From Mobula hypostoma (taxonomy: Eukaryota): a stretch of 64,000 nucleotides of DNA. The notes under the pieces are model-generated. The model saw nothing but the letters and a program-made list of their open reading frames with translations. It was not told the origin of the DNA and ran no database searches. The stretch lies in assembly GCF_963921235.1 (NCBI RefSeq), contig NC_086097.1, forward strand, positions 32,676,001-32,740,000, given 5' to 3'. The position numbers were made by a program, and so were the translations under genes. Numbering within the stretch: the stretch's first letter is position 1; every line of letters begins with the position of its first letter. This document shows, piece by piece, positions 24,345 to 37,110 of this stretch.

Positions 24345-26069
24345 GTACCTCTTCCTAGAGATGCTGCCTGGCCTGCTGTGTTCACCAGCAACTTTAATCT
24401 GTGTTGCTTGAATTTCCAGCATCTGCAGAATTCCTCTTGTTTGCATTTATAAATTCTCTGTGTAGTTAGGATACATGTTATCAGACTGTTGCTCATATTG
24501 TTACTATCTCTGTGAATACAGACCACCAACACAGAGTCTACAGATTAATTGCTAATATTGAAAGTAGATCAGATTAAGATTAGATTAAACTCGCTTTATT
24601 TCTCACATGTACATTGAATCATCAATACAGTAAAACGTGTTGTTTGCATCAACGACTACACAGTCCAAGGATGTGCTAGGGGCAGCCCACAAGTGTCGCC
24701 AGGTTTCCGGTACTGATGTAGCATGCCCACAGTTTACTAACCCGAACTTGTACATTTTTGAAATGTGGGAGGAAACAGGAGCACCTGGAGGAAACCCATG
24801 CAGTCACTGGGAGAACATACAATCTCCTTACAGACAGCAGTGGGAAAATCACTGATCACTGGCGCTGCAACAAGTTACACTAACCGTTATGCCACTGTGG
24901 CCGCCCTGCAGTCAGAAGCAACTGAGCTGGACTTTCAGTGTATCTTCAACCAGGAATAAAACTGAACAGTGGGAAGAAAGCAATCAATCATTCAGAGCTC
25001 TGCAACCAACAATGGATTGCTTATAGCGTTTACTTGGATTTCCTAGAGTTCAACGCAGTAGCACAACATTTTGTGTAATGCTTTACAGCGTCAGTTGAAT
25101 TGATCGGGGTTCAATTTATGTTGTTGTCTGTAAGGAGCTTGTACAATCTCCCCCTGATTGTGTGGGATTCCTCCGGGTGCTCTGGTATCCTCCCACATTC
25201 CTAAAAGGCATACGCACTCAAGTTAGTAAGTTGTGGGCATGCTATGTTGGCAACACTCCAGAACTGCTCCCAGCACATCCTCAGACTATGTTAGTCATTG
25301 ATACAAATGATGCATTTCACTGTATGTTCTGATGTACTCGTGACAAATAAAGCTGATCATTATCTTTTCCTCTATACAGTAGGGGTTTTCAGCACCCACA
25401 TATAATGCAAGCAGGATAACTAAGGAAACAGCTATCAAGGAAGGATGAATCAGTAAAGACTAAAGTTCAAAGTAAATTTATTATAAAATTACATTCATGT
25501 CACTGTGCACAACCGTGAGATTAGTTTTCTTATGGGCATACTCAGTAACTCCAAGAAACACAATAGAATCAATGAAAGACCACACCAAACAGGATGAACA
25601 AATTGTTAATGTACAAAAGACAACAGACTGTGCAAATACAAGGGAAAATAACAATAATACATTAGCAATATAGAAAACATGAAAAGAAGAGTTCTTGATA
25701 GCCAGTCCATTGTTTGTAGTGGGATCAGCATGTGGTGGAAGCTCACTGATGGGGCAAATGAAGTTATCCCTCTGGCTCAAGAGCCTGATGGTTGAGGGTA
25801 ATAACTGCTCCAGAACCTGATGTGGGCCGAGGCTCCTGTACCTTCTTCCTGATGGCAGAAGCAAGAAGAGCGTATGGCTTGGGTGGTGGGGGTCCTTGAT
25901 AATGGATGCTGCCTTTCTGGACAGTGCTCCATGTACAGACGTAGATATGCTCAATGGTGGGGAGGGCTGGGCCATGACCACTACTTTTTGTAGGATTTTC
26001 TGTTCAAGGGCATTGGTGATTCCATAACAGGCCGTAATACAACCAGTCAATATACTCTCTACCACACAT

Positions 26070-26295
26070 TAATAGGCCTCTCAAAGTCCAACCCGACGTC
26101 CTCATCATGAGAGGTGGAAATGGGCCAGGCTGGTCAACAGGGCTATGGTGAAGCTGTATAGGCCAATCCCCTGTACAGTGGAGGTAATGGATTGCAGAAG
26201 CACTGATGAACTCCAACCACACCAATGACTTCTGAGGACAATGGAGAAGCAATGACCTATGCTTCACTTAGGAGCCAAAGGCCCAACTAGTAAGT
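26070..26295 (+). mobile_element. Short non-LTR insertion (possible RTE-type 3' end)
   Basis: 6-bp TSD acacat (26064-26069 and 26296-26301); ends gacctatgcttc...tagtaagt. Confidence 0.5.
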
Positions 26296-27261
26296 ACACA
26301 TCTATAGAAGTTTTAAAATTTTAGATGTCATGCAGAATCTTTGCAAAATTCTAAGGAAGTAGAGGCACTGTCTGCTTTCTTTGTAATGGCTCTAACGTGC
26401 TGGGCCCAGGGCAGATCTTCTGAAATGATAATACCAAGGAATTTAAGGAATCTCTCCACCTCTTATCCTTCAATGAGGACTGGCTCATGGACGTCTGGTT
26501 TCCTCCTCCTGAAGTCAATAATCAGCTTCTTGCTCTTGCTGACATCGAGTGAGAGGTTGTTGTTGTGGCACCACTCAGCCAGATTTTCAATCTCCCTCCT
26601 AGATGCTAATTTTTATCACCTTTCACTCAGCTAATGGCAGTGGTGTCCTCAGCAAACTTAAACATGGCACTGGAGCTGTACTTAGCTTCACAGTCACAAG
26701 TATAAAGTGGGTAAAGCTGAGTTGGAAGCCAAGCACACAGCCTTGTGGTGTACCTGTGCTGATGGGAAATTGTAGAGATCATCGTGCTGCCAATCCGAAC
26801 TGACTGGGTTCTGCAAACGAGGAAACCGAGGATCCAATTGCACAAGGAATAATCAGACCAAGGTCTCACATGTTATTGATTGGTTTTGAGTGAATGGTGA
26901 ACTATAGTCAATAAAGAGCATCCTGATGCATGCATCATTGCTGTCCAGATGTTCCAGAGTTGAGTGAAGAGCCAATGAAATAGCATCTGCTGCGGACCTG
27001 TTCTGACAGTCAGCAAATTGGAGCAGATCCAAGTCACTTCTTAGGCAGGAGTTGGTATGTTTCATCACCAACCTCTCAAAGCACTTCACTACAGTGGATG
27101 CAAGTGTTACTGAATGATAGACATTGAGGCAGGATACCATGTTCTTCTTAAATACCAGTGTAATTGAAACCTGCTTGAAGCAGGTGGGTACCTCAGTCTG
27201 CCCAAGTGAGAGGTTAAAGATATTGGTGAACACTTCAGCCAGTAGATCAGCACAGGTTTTT

Positions 27262-28224
27262 ACCATAAGACCATAAGACAAAGGAGCAGAAGTCAGCCGT
27301 TCGGCCCATCGAGTCTGCTCCGCCACTTTATCATGAGCTGATCCATTCTCCCATTTAGTCCCACTCCTCTGCCTTCTCACCATAACCTTTGATGCCCTGG
27401 CTACTCAGATACCTATCAATCTCTGCCTTAGGTACACCCAATGACTTGGCCTCCACTGCCGCCCATGGTAACAAATTCCATAGATTCCCCACCCTCTGGC
27501 TAAAAAAAATTCTTCACATCTCTGTTCTGAATGGGCGCCCTTCAATCCTTAGGTCCTGCCCTCTTGTACTAGACTCCCCCATCATGGGAAACAACTTTGC
27601 CACATCCACTCTGTCCATGCCTTTCAACATTTGAAATGTTTCTATGAGGTCCCCCCTCATTCTTCTAAACTCCAAGGAATACAGTCCAAGAGTGGACAAA
27701 CGTTCCTCATATGGTTAACCTGGAGGTTAACCTTAAGGGTATCCTGCACGAGGACTCCCAAGTCCTGCTGCATCTCAGAACTTTGAATTCTCTCCCCATT
27801 TAAATAATAGTCTGCCCGTTTATTTCTTCTGCCAAAGTGCATAACCATACACTTTCCAACATTGTACTTCATTTGCCACTTCTCTGCCCATTCTTCCAAT
27901 CTATCCAAGTCTCTCTGCAGACTCTCTGTTTCCTCAGCACTACTGACCCCTCCACCCATCTTCGTATCATCAGCAAACTTAGCCACAAAGCCATCTATTC
28001 CATAATCCAAATCGTTGATGTACAATGTAAAAAGAAGTGGCCCCAACATGGACCCCTGTGGAACACCACTGGTAACCAGCAGCCAACCAGAACAGGATCC
28101 CTTTATTCCCACTCTTTGTTTCCCACCAATCAGCCAACGCCCTATCCACGTATGTAACTTTCCCGTAATTCCATGGGCTCTTATCTTGTTAGGTAGCCTC
28201 ATGTGTGGCACCTTGTCAAAGGCA
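27262..28224 (-). mobile_element. CR1 LINE, 5'-truncated, internally deleted
   Basis: AFDKVPH, GVPQGS, FADDTK; tail (tcttatgg)n. Confidence 0.92.
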
Positions 28225-28961
28225 AGTACTAAGTCTTTAGTACTTAGCCAGGTACCCATTTGTGCCAAATGTTTTCCATGGGTTCACCCTCCTGGAGGAT
28301 GTTTTCACATTGACTCTGTGACTTCAGTCTCTGGGGCCATCGGGGCTGTTGGAGTTTGTGAAGGCTCCTCCACATTTTGATGGTCAAAGCGAGCACAGAA
28401 GGCATTGAGCTCATCTGGGAGTGAAGCCTTGTTGTTGCCCACTTCACTTTGTTTCACTTAGTATGAGGTAAATGCCACAGTTGTTGAGCATCCTTCAGTG
28501 ATTCAGTTTGGTCCGGAATTGGCACTTCGCAGCAGTGCAGATATTGTCCAAATCAAAAATCCAATAACAAGGAACACTTAACAAAAATAACTATCATGCT
28601 CTTATAATAAAAGGGCTTAAGCACTGAGACACTGTGCCTGCGAGATGGCAGTGCTGAAATACTGTATTTCAAAAGTTCTATTAACATAAAGTCAAAGAGC
28701 TACACAGTGCTTCAAAGAAATGCAGTCAGAAACAATGGAAGTAATTGAAACAGTGATTAAAAAATGTTTGATAAAGGGGCTGTATTTTAGGTGAGGGAGC
28801 AAGTTTATGTGGAAATTGAGAAGGATTCCATATGCAGGCGATAACAGTGAGCTGAAGAAAGAATCAAAAAAGCAAACTCCAAGAAATACAGACACAATCA
28901 GTCAGTTCCCTAGAGCTGAAGTCTGGAATTCCTCCTATCTTTAACCAAACTGCTCATCTCA

Positions 28962-29205
28962 AATTTATTTTTAGAAATACAGTAAGGTAATAACAGGCCT
29001 TTCTGGCCCTATGAGCCCGTGCCCCTCAATTAGACGCATGTGAACAATTAACCTACTGACCTGCATACCTTTGGAATTTGGATGGAAACCGGAGCACCCA
29101 GAGGAAACCCACATGATCATGGGAAGAATGTACAAACTCCTTACAGACAATGGTAGGAACTGAACCCAGGTCAAGGGCACTGTTACACTGCTAACCGCTG
29201 CACTG
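28962..29205 (-). mobile_element. V-domain tRNA-SINE with CR1-like tail
   Basis: V-domain plus tail gggcacgggctcatagggccagaaaggcctgtt...ctgtatttctaa. Confidence 0.75.
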
Positions 29206-29540
29206 TCGTCTTTCTTTAAATATTTTCTTTAGCTGGGTTGTTCTATAACACTTTTATAAAGTGTAGTCTAATAGTAGCAGTAGTGCGATTACTCGAATAG
29301 AGTATGATGTTCTCCAAAAGGGTTGTCTATTGGTGGGTCCTCAGGTGGCTGTAGAGGCCAATCTGGGATACACATTACTGGCAAGTTAGGGTGGATTCCC
29401 TTAATGGAGAATTCCTGTGCATGACTGTTTAAAGAGGTGAGGTCAATGTAGTCTACTACATTTCTACAGTAAGGTACTGACTGAATCTGAGTTACTGTCA
29501 TCCATGTGCCACTTTGAAAATCATCCCATAAGGTTCTCAC

Positions 29541-29700
29541 CTGCATCGGAGAAATCCTAGGTGAAGTTTTTGCACTTTCAGAGAACTCAAACCAGAATAA
29601 CGAGATCCCACTTAGCTGCAAGTTCTTGTGGGCAAAAGCTGTGGGATGATGAATGCTGATGTCTGGACACTCAGCGGCAGACTCATCACAATATTCGATT
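29541..29700 (-). CDS. ATG2B: ATG2B coding exon 5 (160 nt)
   Basis: IEYCDESAAECPDISIHHPTAFAHKNLQLSGISLFWFEFSESAKTSPRISPMQ; cttacag acceptor, gtgaga donor. Confidence 0.95.
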
Positions 29701-30129
29701 CTGTAAGGACAGTGGCACTGAGAAATTACACTGGTATGAAGAGATAGCTTTTATCTACAAACATAAAGTGATTTGAAAAGTAGAGAAGCAGCAAATATTG
29801 GTCTTTCTAACCCATCTTGTTATAATTATGTCTCTCCAGTCCATCTGTCCTAAGACAGGTGTTGGCATACCTCCTGATTTGTGGTATTCACACTGCAAAT
29901 GAGGAACCAGGTAAATCTGTTAGCTGTTGTTTTAAATTAGAGATCTGGGCTCTGATCTACCAAATGCAGTGCCCTGTAAACCAATGAGAAAAGTCTGGGA
30001 CATACTGGTGACAAGCGATAACTGCTGGAAACCTCAGTCGCTAACAGCCAAAAGTGTTACAGACAAAAAGAAGTGGGCGGGGTATTTGCAGGGGCAGGGG
30101 TGGTGGGAGAAAGAAGCCACATGATTTAC

Positions 30130-30232
30130 CTCTGGATATGAATCTCCAGTGCGACCCCAGTTTTCGAATTCTCTGGAACATGCTCAATCCTGAGAACGCT
30201 CTCTAGAAATGTAAGCTTGACTCTTCTTAGAA
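30130..30232 (-). CDS. ATG2B: ATG2B coding exon 4 (103 nt)
   Basis: VLRRVKLTFLESVLRIEHVPENSKTGVALEIHIQR; ttgttcag acceptor, gtaaat donor. Confidence 0.95.
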
Positions 30233-30539
30233 CTGAACAACAAAAAAGGAATATTTTATGTTAGCTTCAGAAGATTAAGGATTCCTAACTAAAGGATTTC
30301 CTCTCTAACCAAAGGGCAGCTTGGAAGCTACCCAATATAGTCAGCAAGTAAAGGCAATCCACGCACTGTCCCAACCACAAATGGAGCACTAGTTGAGAAG
30401 TGAAGTGGGTAATGAGTGACCGTTAATAAAGATAGAGTTACAACATTTATCATAACATCTCCATTGGGATGAGCAAAGTCAAGCTCAATCTGCTACCCCT
30501 TTCTTCACTAATGTCACCACCAATATGACACAATTACAA

Positions 30540-31300
30540 TTCATTCAGGAACCCAAATAGTCCTTCCAGGTGAGGCAACACTTCAGCTGAAAGTTTGATG
30601 CAGACATTTACAGTATCCAGTGCTCTTAGGGTGGCCTCCTTTACATCAGTGAGATCCACTATAGATTAGGGGACCGTTTTGATGAGCACCTTTGTTCAGT
30701 CCACCGCAAAAGAAACAATTTACTGATGGCCATTCGTTGCAATTTTATTTCCATTCTGACATGTTGGTCCATGGCCTCTTATACTGCCACACTCAAGTTG
30801 GAGAAGCAATACCCCATATTCCATCTGGGTAGCCTCCAACCTGATGGCATAAACACTGATTTCTATAATTTCTGATAATTTCTCCCCCCTCCCCATTTAT
30901 CCATTCACCATTCTAGTTCCCCTCTCACTCATTCTCTTCTCCATACTTGCCCAGCAACTTCCTCTGGTTACCTTATTCCTTCCTTTTCTCCCATGGTCTA
31001 CTCTGCACCCTTATCGAATTCGTGTTCTTCAGTTCCTTTATCTCTTGCACCTTACCCACCCAGCATCTTACTTCTCCTACCCACCCAACTTCCCCCTCAC
31101 CTGGTCTCCCCTATTACCTGCCTACTTGTACTCTTTCCCCTCCCCCCATCTTCTTAGTCTGGCTTCTGCCTGTCCTGATGAAGGGTTTTGGCTTGAAATA
31201 GCGACTGTTTATTCCTTTCTATAGGTGCTGCCTGACCTCCTGAGTTCCTCCAGCACTTTGTGTCTGCGCTTTGGATTTCCAGAATCTGCAGCATCTCATG
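30540..31300 (+). mobile_element. Penelope-like element, degenerate (GIY-YIG remnant + pLTR with decayed hammerhead at about 31172-31206)
   Basis: Homologous to 42782-43685; ctgatgaagggttttggcttgaaatagc. Confidence 0.85.
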
Positions 31301-32229
31301 TTTACAATTAGATTAACACTCATTTCTTTGCCAAGACTTTTAGGTACAAAAATACAGCTTCATGAAAAATATCCAGTTTTCAGCTATACTTTACATTTTA
31401 GTGATGAAAGATTTTAAATTTCTGGATAGGCACAGTGAAGCCATCTCCTGCCCAAAGATATGCACTCTGAAGCCAATGTCACAAGCTTGATCAAGAGGTG
31501 TTAGCCCTGACTGGTTTCACTCCAGAGGGAATTTAAAGTAATTATTTTTGCTTCCATCACAGCAGGAAGGCAACATCGTCCACCTCATTGCACCCTGGGG
31601 CAGCAGAACCACAAAAAGATTTGCTTAGACACAGCCTCAAAAGAGAGGGGTGTCCTTTTAGAATGGAGGTGAAGAGGGATTTCTTTGGCCAGAGAGTGGT
31701 GATTTGGTGGAATTCTTTGCAACAGGCATTTTTATGTATATTTAAGGCAGAGGTTTATAGATTCTTGATTGGTCAGGGCATGAAGGGACATGGCAAAGAA
31801 GGCAGGAGATTGGGTCTGAGAGGTAAATTGGTAAATTGGATCAGCAATGATGAAATGGTGGAGAAGACTCCATGGGCCAGATGGCCTAATTCTGCTCCTA
31901 TATCTTATGGTCTTAATACAAGATAACACACACACACACACAATGCTAGAGCAACTTAGCAGGTCAAGCAGCATTCTTTGAAAAGAAAGGAATTAAAGTG
32001 GATATTTTGGAGCAAGACTCTTAATCAGGATTCTGTACAGGAATTGGGATGTTATGTTGAAGTTGTACAAGGCATTGGTGAGGGCTAATTTGGAGTATTG
32101 TGTGCAGGTCTGGTCACCTACTATACCTATAGGAAAGATATCAATAAGATTGAAGAACTACATGAAAGTTTACAAGGATTGCTGTGAAAAGGACCTGAAT
32201 ATAGGGTAAGGCTCTGTTAGGACTTCATT

Positions 32230-33929
32230 ATATAACCATATAACAATTACAGCACGGAAACAGGCCATCTCAGCCCTTCTAGTCCGTGCCGAACTCTTAC
32301 TCTCACCTAGTCCCACTGACCTGCACTCAGCCCATAACCTTCCATTCCTTTCCTGTCCATATATCTATCCAATTTAACTTTAAATGACAACATCGAACCT
32401 GCCTCAACCACTTCTGCTGGAAGCTCATTCCACACAGCTACCACTCTCTGAGTAAAGTAGTTCCCCCTCATGTTACCCCTAAACTTTTGCCCTTTAACTC
32501 TCAACTCATGTCCTCTTGTTTGAATCCCCCCCCCACTCTCAATGGAAAAATCCTATCCACATCAACTCTGTCTATCCCCCTCATAATTTTAAATACCTCT
32601 ATCAAGTCCCCCGTCAACCTTCTACGCTCCAAAGAATAAAGACCTAACTTGTTCAACCTTTCTCTGTAACTTAGGTGCTGGAACCCAGGCAACATTTTAG
32701 TAAATCTCCTCTGTACTCTCTCAATTTTATTGACATCTTTCCTATAATTCGGTGACCAGAACTGTACACAATACTCCAAATTTGGCCTCACCAATGCCTT
32801 GTACAATTTCAACATTACATATCAACTCCTATACTCAATGCTCTGATTTATAAAGGCCAGCATACCAAAAGCTTTCTTCAACAACCTATTCACATGAGAT
32901 TCCACCTTCAGGGAACTATGCACCATTATTCCTAGGTCACTCTGTTCTACGCATTCTTCAATGTCCTACCATTTACCATGTATGTCCTATTTTGATTAGT
33001 CCTACCAAAATGTAGCACCTCAGATTTATCAGCATTAAACTCCATCTGCCATCTTTCAGCCCACTCTTCTAACTGGCATAAATCTCTCTGCAAGCTTTGA
33101 AAACCTACTTTATTATCCACAACTCCACCTATCTTAGTATCATCTGCATACTTACTAATCCAATTTACCACCCCATCATCCAGATCATTAATATATATGA
33201 CAAACAACATTGGGCCCAGTACAGATCCCTGAGGCACACCACTAAACACCGTCCTCCAATGTGACACACAGTTATCCACCACTACTCTCTGGCGTCTCCC
33301 ATCCAGCCACTGCTGAATCCATTTTACTACTTCTATATTAATGCCTAACGATTACACCTTCCTAACTAACCTTCCATATGGAATCTTGTCAAAGGCCTTT
33401 CTGAAGTCCATATAGACAACATCCACCGCTTTACCCTCATCAACTTTCCTAGTAGCCTCATCAAAAAATTCAATAAGATTTGTCAAACATGACCTTCCAC
33501 ACACAAATCCATGTTGACTGTTCCTAATCAGACCCTGTCTATCCAGATAATTATATATACCATCTCTAAGAATACTTTCCATCAATTTACCCACCACTGA
33601 TGTCAAACTCACAGGCTGATAATTGCTAGGTTTACTCTTGGAACCCTTTTTAAACAATGGAATAACATGAGCAATACGCCAATCCTCCGGCACCATCTCC
33701 GTTTCTGATGACATTTGAAATATTTCTGTCAGAGCCCTTGCTATTTCCACACTAACTTCCCTCAAGGTCCTAGGGAATATCCTGTCCAGATCCGGAGACT
33801 GATCCACTTTTATATTCCTTAAGAGTGCCAGTACTTCCACTACTTTAATCATCATACTTTCCATAACTACCCTTCTTATTCCCTTTACCTTACACAATTC
33901 AATATCCTTCTCCTTAGTGAATACCGAAG
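32230..33929 (-). mobile_element. CR1 LINE, 5'-truncated, same subfamily as 544-3460; nested in an older + strand CR1 (about 32030-34300)
   Basis: ORFs 33352-33897, 32947-33282 (YADD), 32501-32815; same tail gttatatggttatat. Confidence 0.95.
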
Positions 33930-34359
33930 CGTAGGAGATTGAGGGGAGATTTGATAGAGGTATATAAAATTATGAAGGTTATAGATAGGGTATAGAAGGG
34001 TAAATGCAAGCAGGCTTTTTCCACTGAGGTTGGGTGAGACTAGAACTGGAGTTCATAGGTTAATGGCAAAAAGTGAAATATTTAAGGGGAACCTGAAGGG
34101 GAACTTCAGTGATAAGGATGTGGAACAAGCAGCGGAAGTGGTGGATGCAGGTTCAATTGCAACTTTAAGAGAGGTTTGGATAAGTACATGGATGGGAGGG
34201 ATACAGAGGGCTACGATCCAGGTGCGGGTTGATGGGACAAGACAGAGTAACTGTTTGACATGGGCTCGAAGGGCCCGTTTCTGTGGTGTAGTTCTATGAC
34301 ACTATAAGAGTTGCCTTTAGGATAACACTCCCAATTAAACATGTCAACCCATTACTGAC

Positions 34360-34512
34360 CTGTTTCAATGGTCTCTGCAAACTTCTCGAGCCCCTCGAGT
34401 GGCTGTGGCCCTTCGGCCTGATCATCCGTCAGTCTCTGGCTTAGGCATTCCTTGGCCAGCTGCATACTGTCCGTCATAAAGCTGGACCAGTACATGGGTT
34501 CCGAGCCCGACA
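34360..34512 (-). CDS. ATG2B: ATG2B coding exon 3 (153 nt)
   Basis: SGSEPMYWSSFMTDSMQLAKECLSQRLTDDQAEGPQPLEGLEKFAETIET; ctggcag acceptor, gtcagt donor. Confidence 0.97.
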
Positions 34513-34714
34513 CTGCCAGAGAACAGCCACATGTCAGATCATCAGAACAGTACAACACCAGCACAATGAGTCACAGTGACATTCAGACTTCAATGTCCCA
34601 ACAGCTTTCTACTCCCTACAGGATCTTTTACAACTGATTATCTAACTTTTTATACTGACAGTCACAGAGTGAGTAGACTTCTTCATCTATTCTATTAATG
34701 CTTCTCATCTTACA

Positions 34715-36545
34715 TAGAAAATAGAACATTACAGCACAGTACAGGTCCTTCGGCCAATGACCTACTCTAGCCTTTTAACCTACTCTAAGATCACTCTCAC
34801 CTTTCCCTCCCATATAGCCCTCCATTTTTCTATAACCCATGTGCTCATCTATGAGTTTCTTCAATGTCCCTAATTTATCTGTCTCTACCACCACTCTTGG
34901 CAGTGCATTCAACACACCCACCACTCTCTGTGTAAAAAAAAACTTACTTTTGACATCCCTCCCTTATTCGTTCCTCCAACAACCTTAAAATTCGGCCCCC
35001 TTGTATTAGCCATTTCTGTCCTGGGGAAAAAGTCTCTGGCTATCTACTCGATCTATGCCTCTTATCTTGCACATCTCATCCAGTCACCGCTCACTCTCCA
35101 TCGCTCCAAAAACTTCTCAAATATCATCTTGAAAATCTCTTTCAAGCTCATCATATGACCATAAGAGAATATAACCAGTTGGCCCATCGAATCTGCTTCA
35201 GCATTCCATTATGGCTGATATATTATCTCTCTCAACACCATTCTCCAGCCTTCTTTCTGTAACCTTTGACATCCTTACTAATCAAGAAACTTATCAACTT
35301 CGACTTCAAATATATCCAGTGACTTGGCCTCCACAGCCATTTCTGGCAATGAACCTCATCTCTGTTCTGAAAGGGCATCCCTCTACTCCATGGGTTCCCA
35401 ACTCAGGGTCCACGGACCCCTTGCTTAATGCTATTAATCCATGGTATAAAAAAGGCGAGGAACTCCTGCTCTATTTTGAGGTTGTGCCCTCTGGTCCTAG
35501 ATTCCCCCACTATAGGAAACATCTTCTCAAGATCCACTCTATCTAGACCTTTCAATATTTGACGTTTCAATGTGATTTCCACCCCCCCCCCCATTCTTCC
35601 AAACTCCAGCAAGTACAGGCCCAAATCCATCAAACACTTTTCATATGTTAACCTTTTATTTCCAGGATTATTCTCATGAACCTCCTCTGGAGTCTCTCCA
35701 AACATTAACTGCTCAAAACTGCTCACATTATTCTAAGTGTGGTCTAACCAATACCTCATGAAGCCTCAGTATTTTATCCTTGCTTTTACATTCTAGTCCA
35801 CACAAAATGAACGCTAGCATGGCATTTGCCTTCCTCACTATCGACTCAACATGCAAGCTCACCTTTAGGGAACCTTGCAGGAGGACTGCCATTTCTAAGT
35901 GGAAGTTTCTCCCACTTAGAAATTAACCTATGCTTTTATTCCTTCTACCAAAGTGCACGATCACACACTTCCCTACACTATATTTCATTTGCTACATTTC
36001 TGACCATTCTCCTCATCTGTTTAAGTTCTTCTGGACTCCCTGCTTCCTCAACACCTCAACTTAACTTTGTATCGTCTCCAAATTTAGCCACAAAGCCATC
36101 AATTCCATCACCCAAATTATTGACATACAACTTGAAAAGAAGTCCTCCCAGCACTGACCCCTGCAGTCACCAGCAGCCAATTGGAAAAAGACCCCTTTAT
36201 TCACACTCTTTGCCTCCAGCTAGTCAGATGATATTCTATCCATGCTAGTATCTTTCCTGTAATACCAGGGGCTCTTGTGTTGTTTAGTAGCCTCAGGTGC
36301 GACACCTTGTCAAAGGCCTTCTGAAAATCCAAGTAAACAACATCCACTAACTCTCCTTTTGTCTATCTTCCCTGTTATTTCCTCAAAGAATTCCAACACA
36401 TTTGTCAGACAAGATTTCCCCTTCAGAAAACCATGCTGTCTTTGGCCTATTTTATCAAGTACCTCCAAGTACCCCGAAACTTCATCCTAAATAATGGACT
36501 CCAACATCTTCCCAACCAGAGGTCAGGCTAACTGGCCAATAATTT
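34715..36545 (-). mobile_element. Cluster of old CR1 fragments
   Basis: Degenerate CR1 3' ends and RT remnant (AFDKV, FVAKFGDDTK). Confidence 0.8.
35389..35468. mobile_element. 80-bp hAT-like MITE, copy 3
   Basis: catgggttcccaac...ggaactcctg; TSD ctctactc/ctctattt. Confidence 0.75.
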
Positions 36546-37110
36546 GATGACCAGGCTAAAATTTATTTCTTAACCAAACCTCAAGTTCCCTACTCAAGCA
36601 TCTTCTTCTCTATCTATTCTTTTTAAAGACACTAAAAACTATTTTAGCTGTCCTAATACCTGTTCATGTGATATTTTCCTGTTAAGTTTTATTTGATAAT
36701 ACTTCTATAAAATGTCATGGAATATTTAAGCGGAATATAAACACAAGTTAAGGCAGTTGCTGTAGTTGCAAGACAACAGACAATCGAAAACTGTAAACTC
36801 CAGATTTTAGTTCAGCTACAAGAGCTTGAATGCCAAAACACCTTTGAGGGGCGGAATGGCCTTAAACCATTTGTATGCTGATGAGCAAATACCTTGGTAT
36901 GGTAACTGCTCTGCCCAAGACTGCAAGGTCCTGAGGATAGTGGTGGATACAGCTTGCACATCTCCAGAGACTCTACGTACACTTCTTGCTGCCTCAACTA
37001 AGCAGCCATCGGACTCCGCCCACCCCTCACCCTGGACGTCCTCTCTTCCTACTAACTCCGCCACCCTCTACAATGAGCAGAAGAAAGCATATACCACCAG
37101 GTTCAAGGAT

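Larger units (their letters stand above)
23998..24448 (+). mobile_element. Penelope insertion: inverted pLTR + partial GIY-YIG + direct pLTR
   Basis: Arms 23998-24100 and 24303-24406; VIYCVQCSRCGLLYIGET; 13-bp TSD ataaattctctgt at 23985-23997 and 24449-24461. Confidence 0.92.
25465..28530 (-). mobile_element. Rex1/Babar LINE, degenerate, with two nested insertions
   Basis: LPSGRRYRSL, FKFAEDT, RMLFIDYSS, KCFERLVMKH fragments. Confidence 0.88.

Noticed and set aside
29780..31620. Unexplained unique-looking intronic stretches near exons 4-5
   Set aside because: Could be ancient repeats or conserved elements, but nothing is identifiable without alignment.
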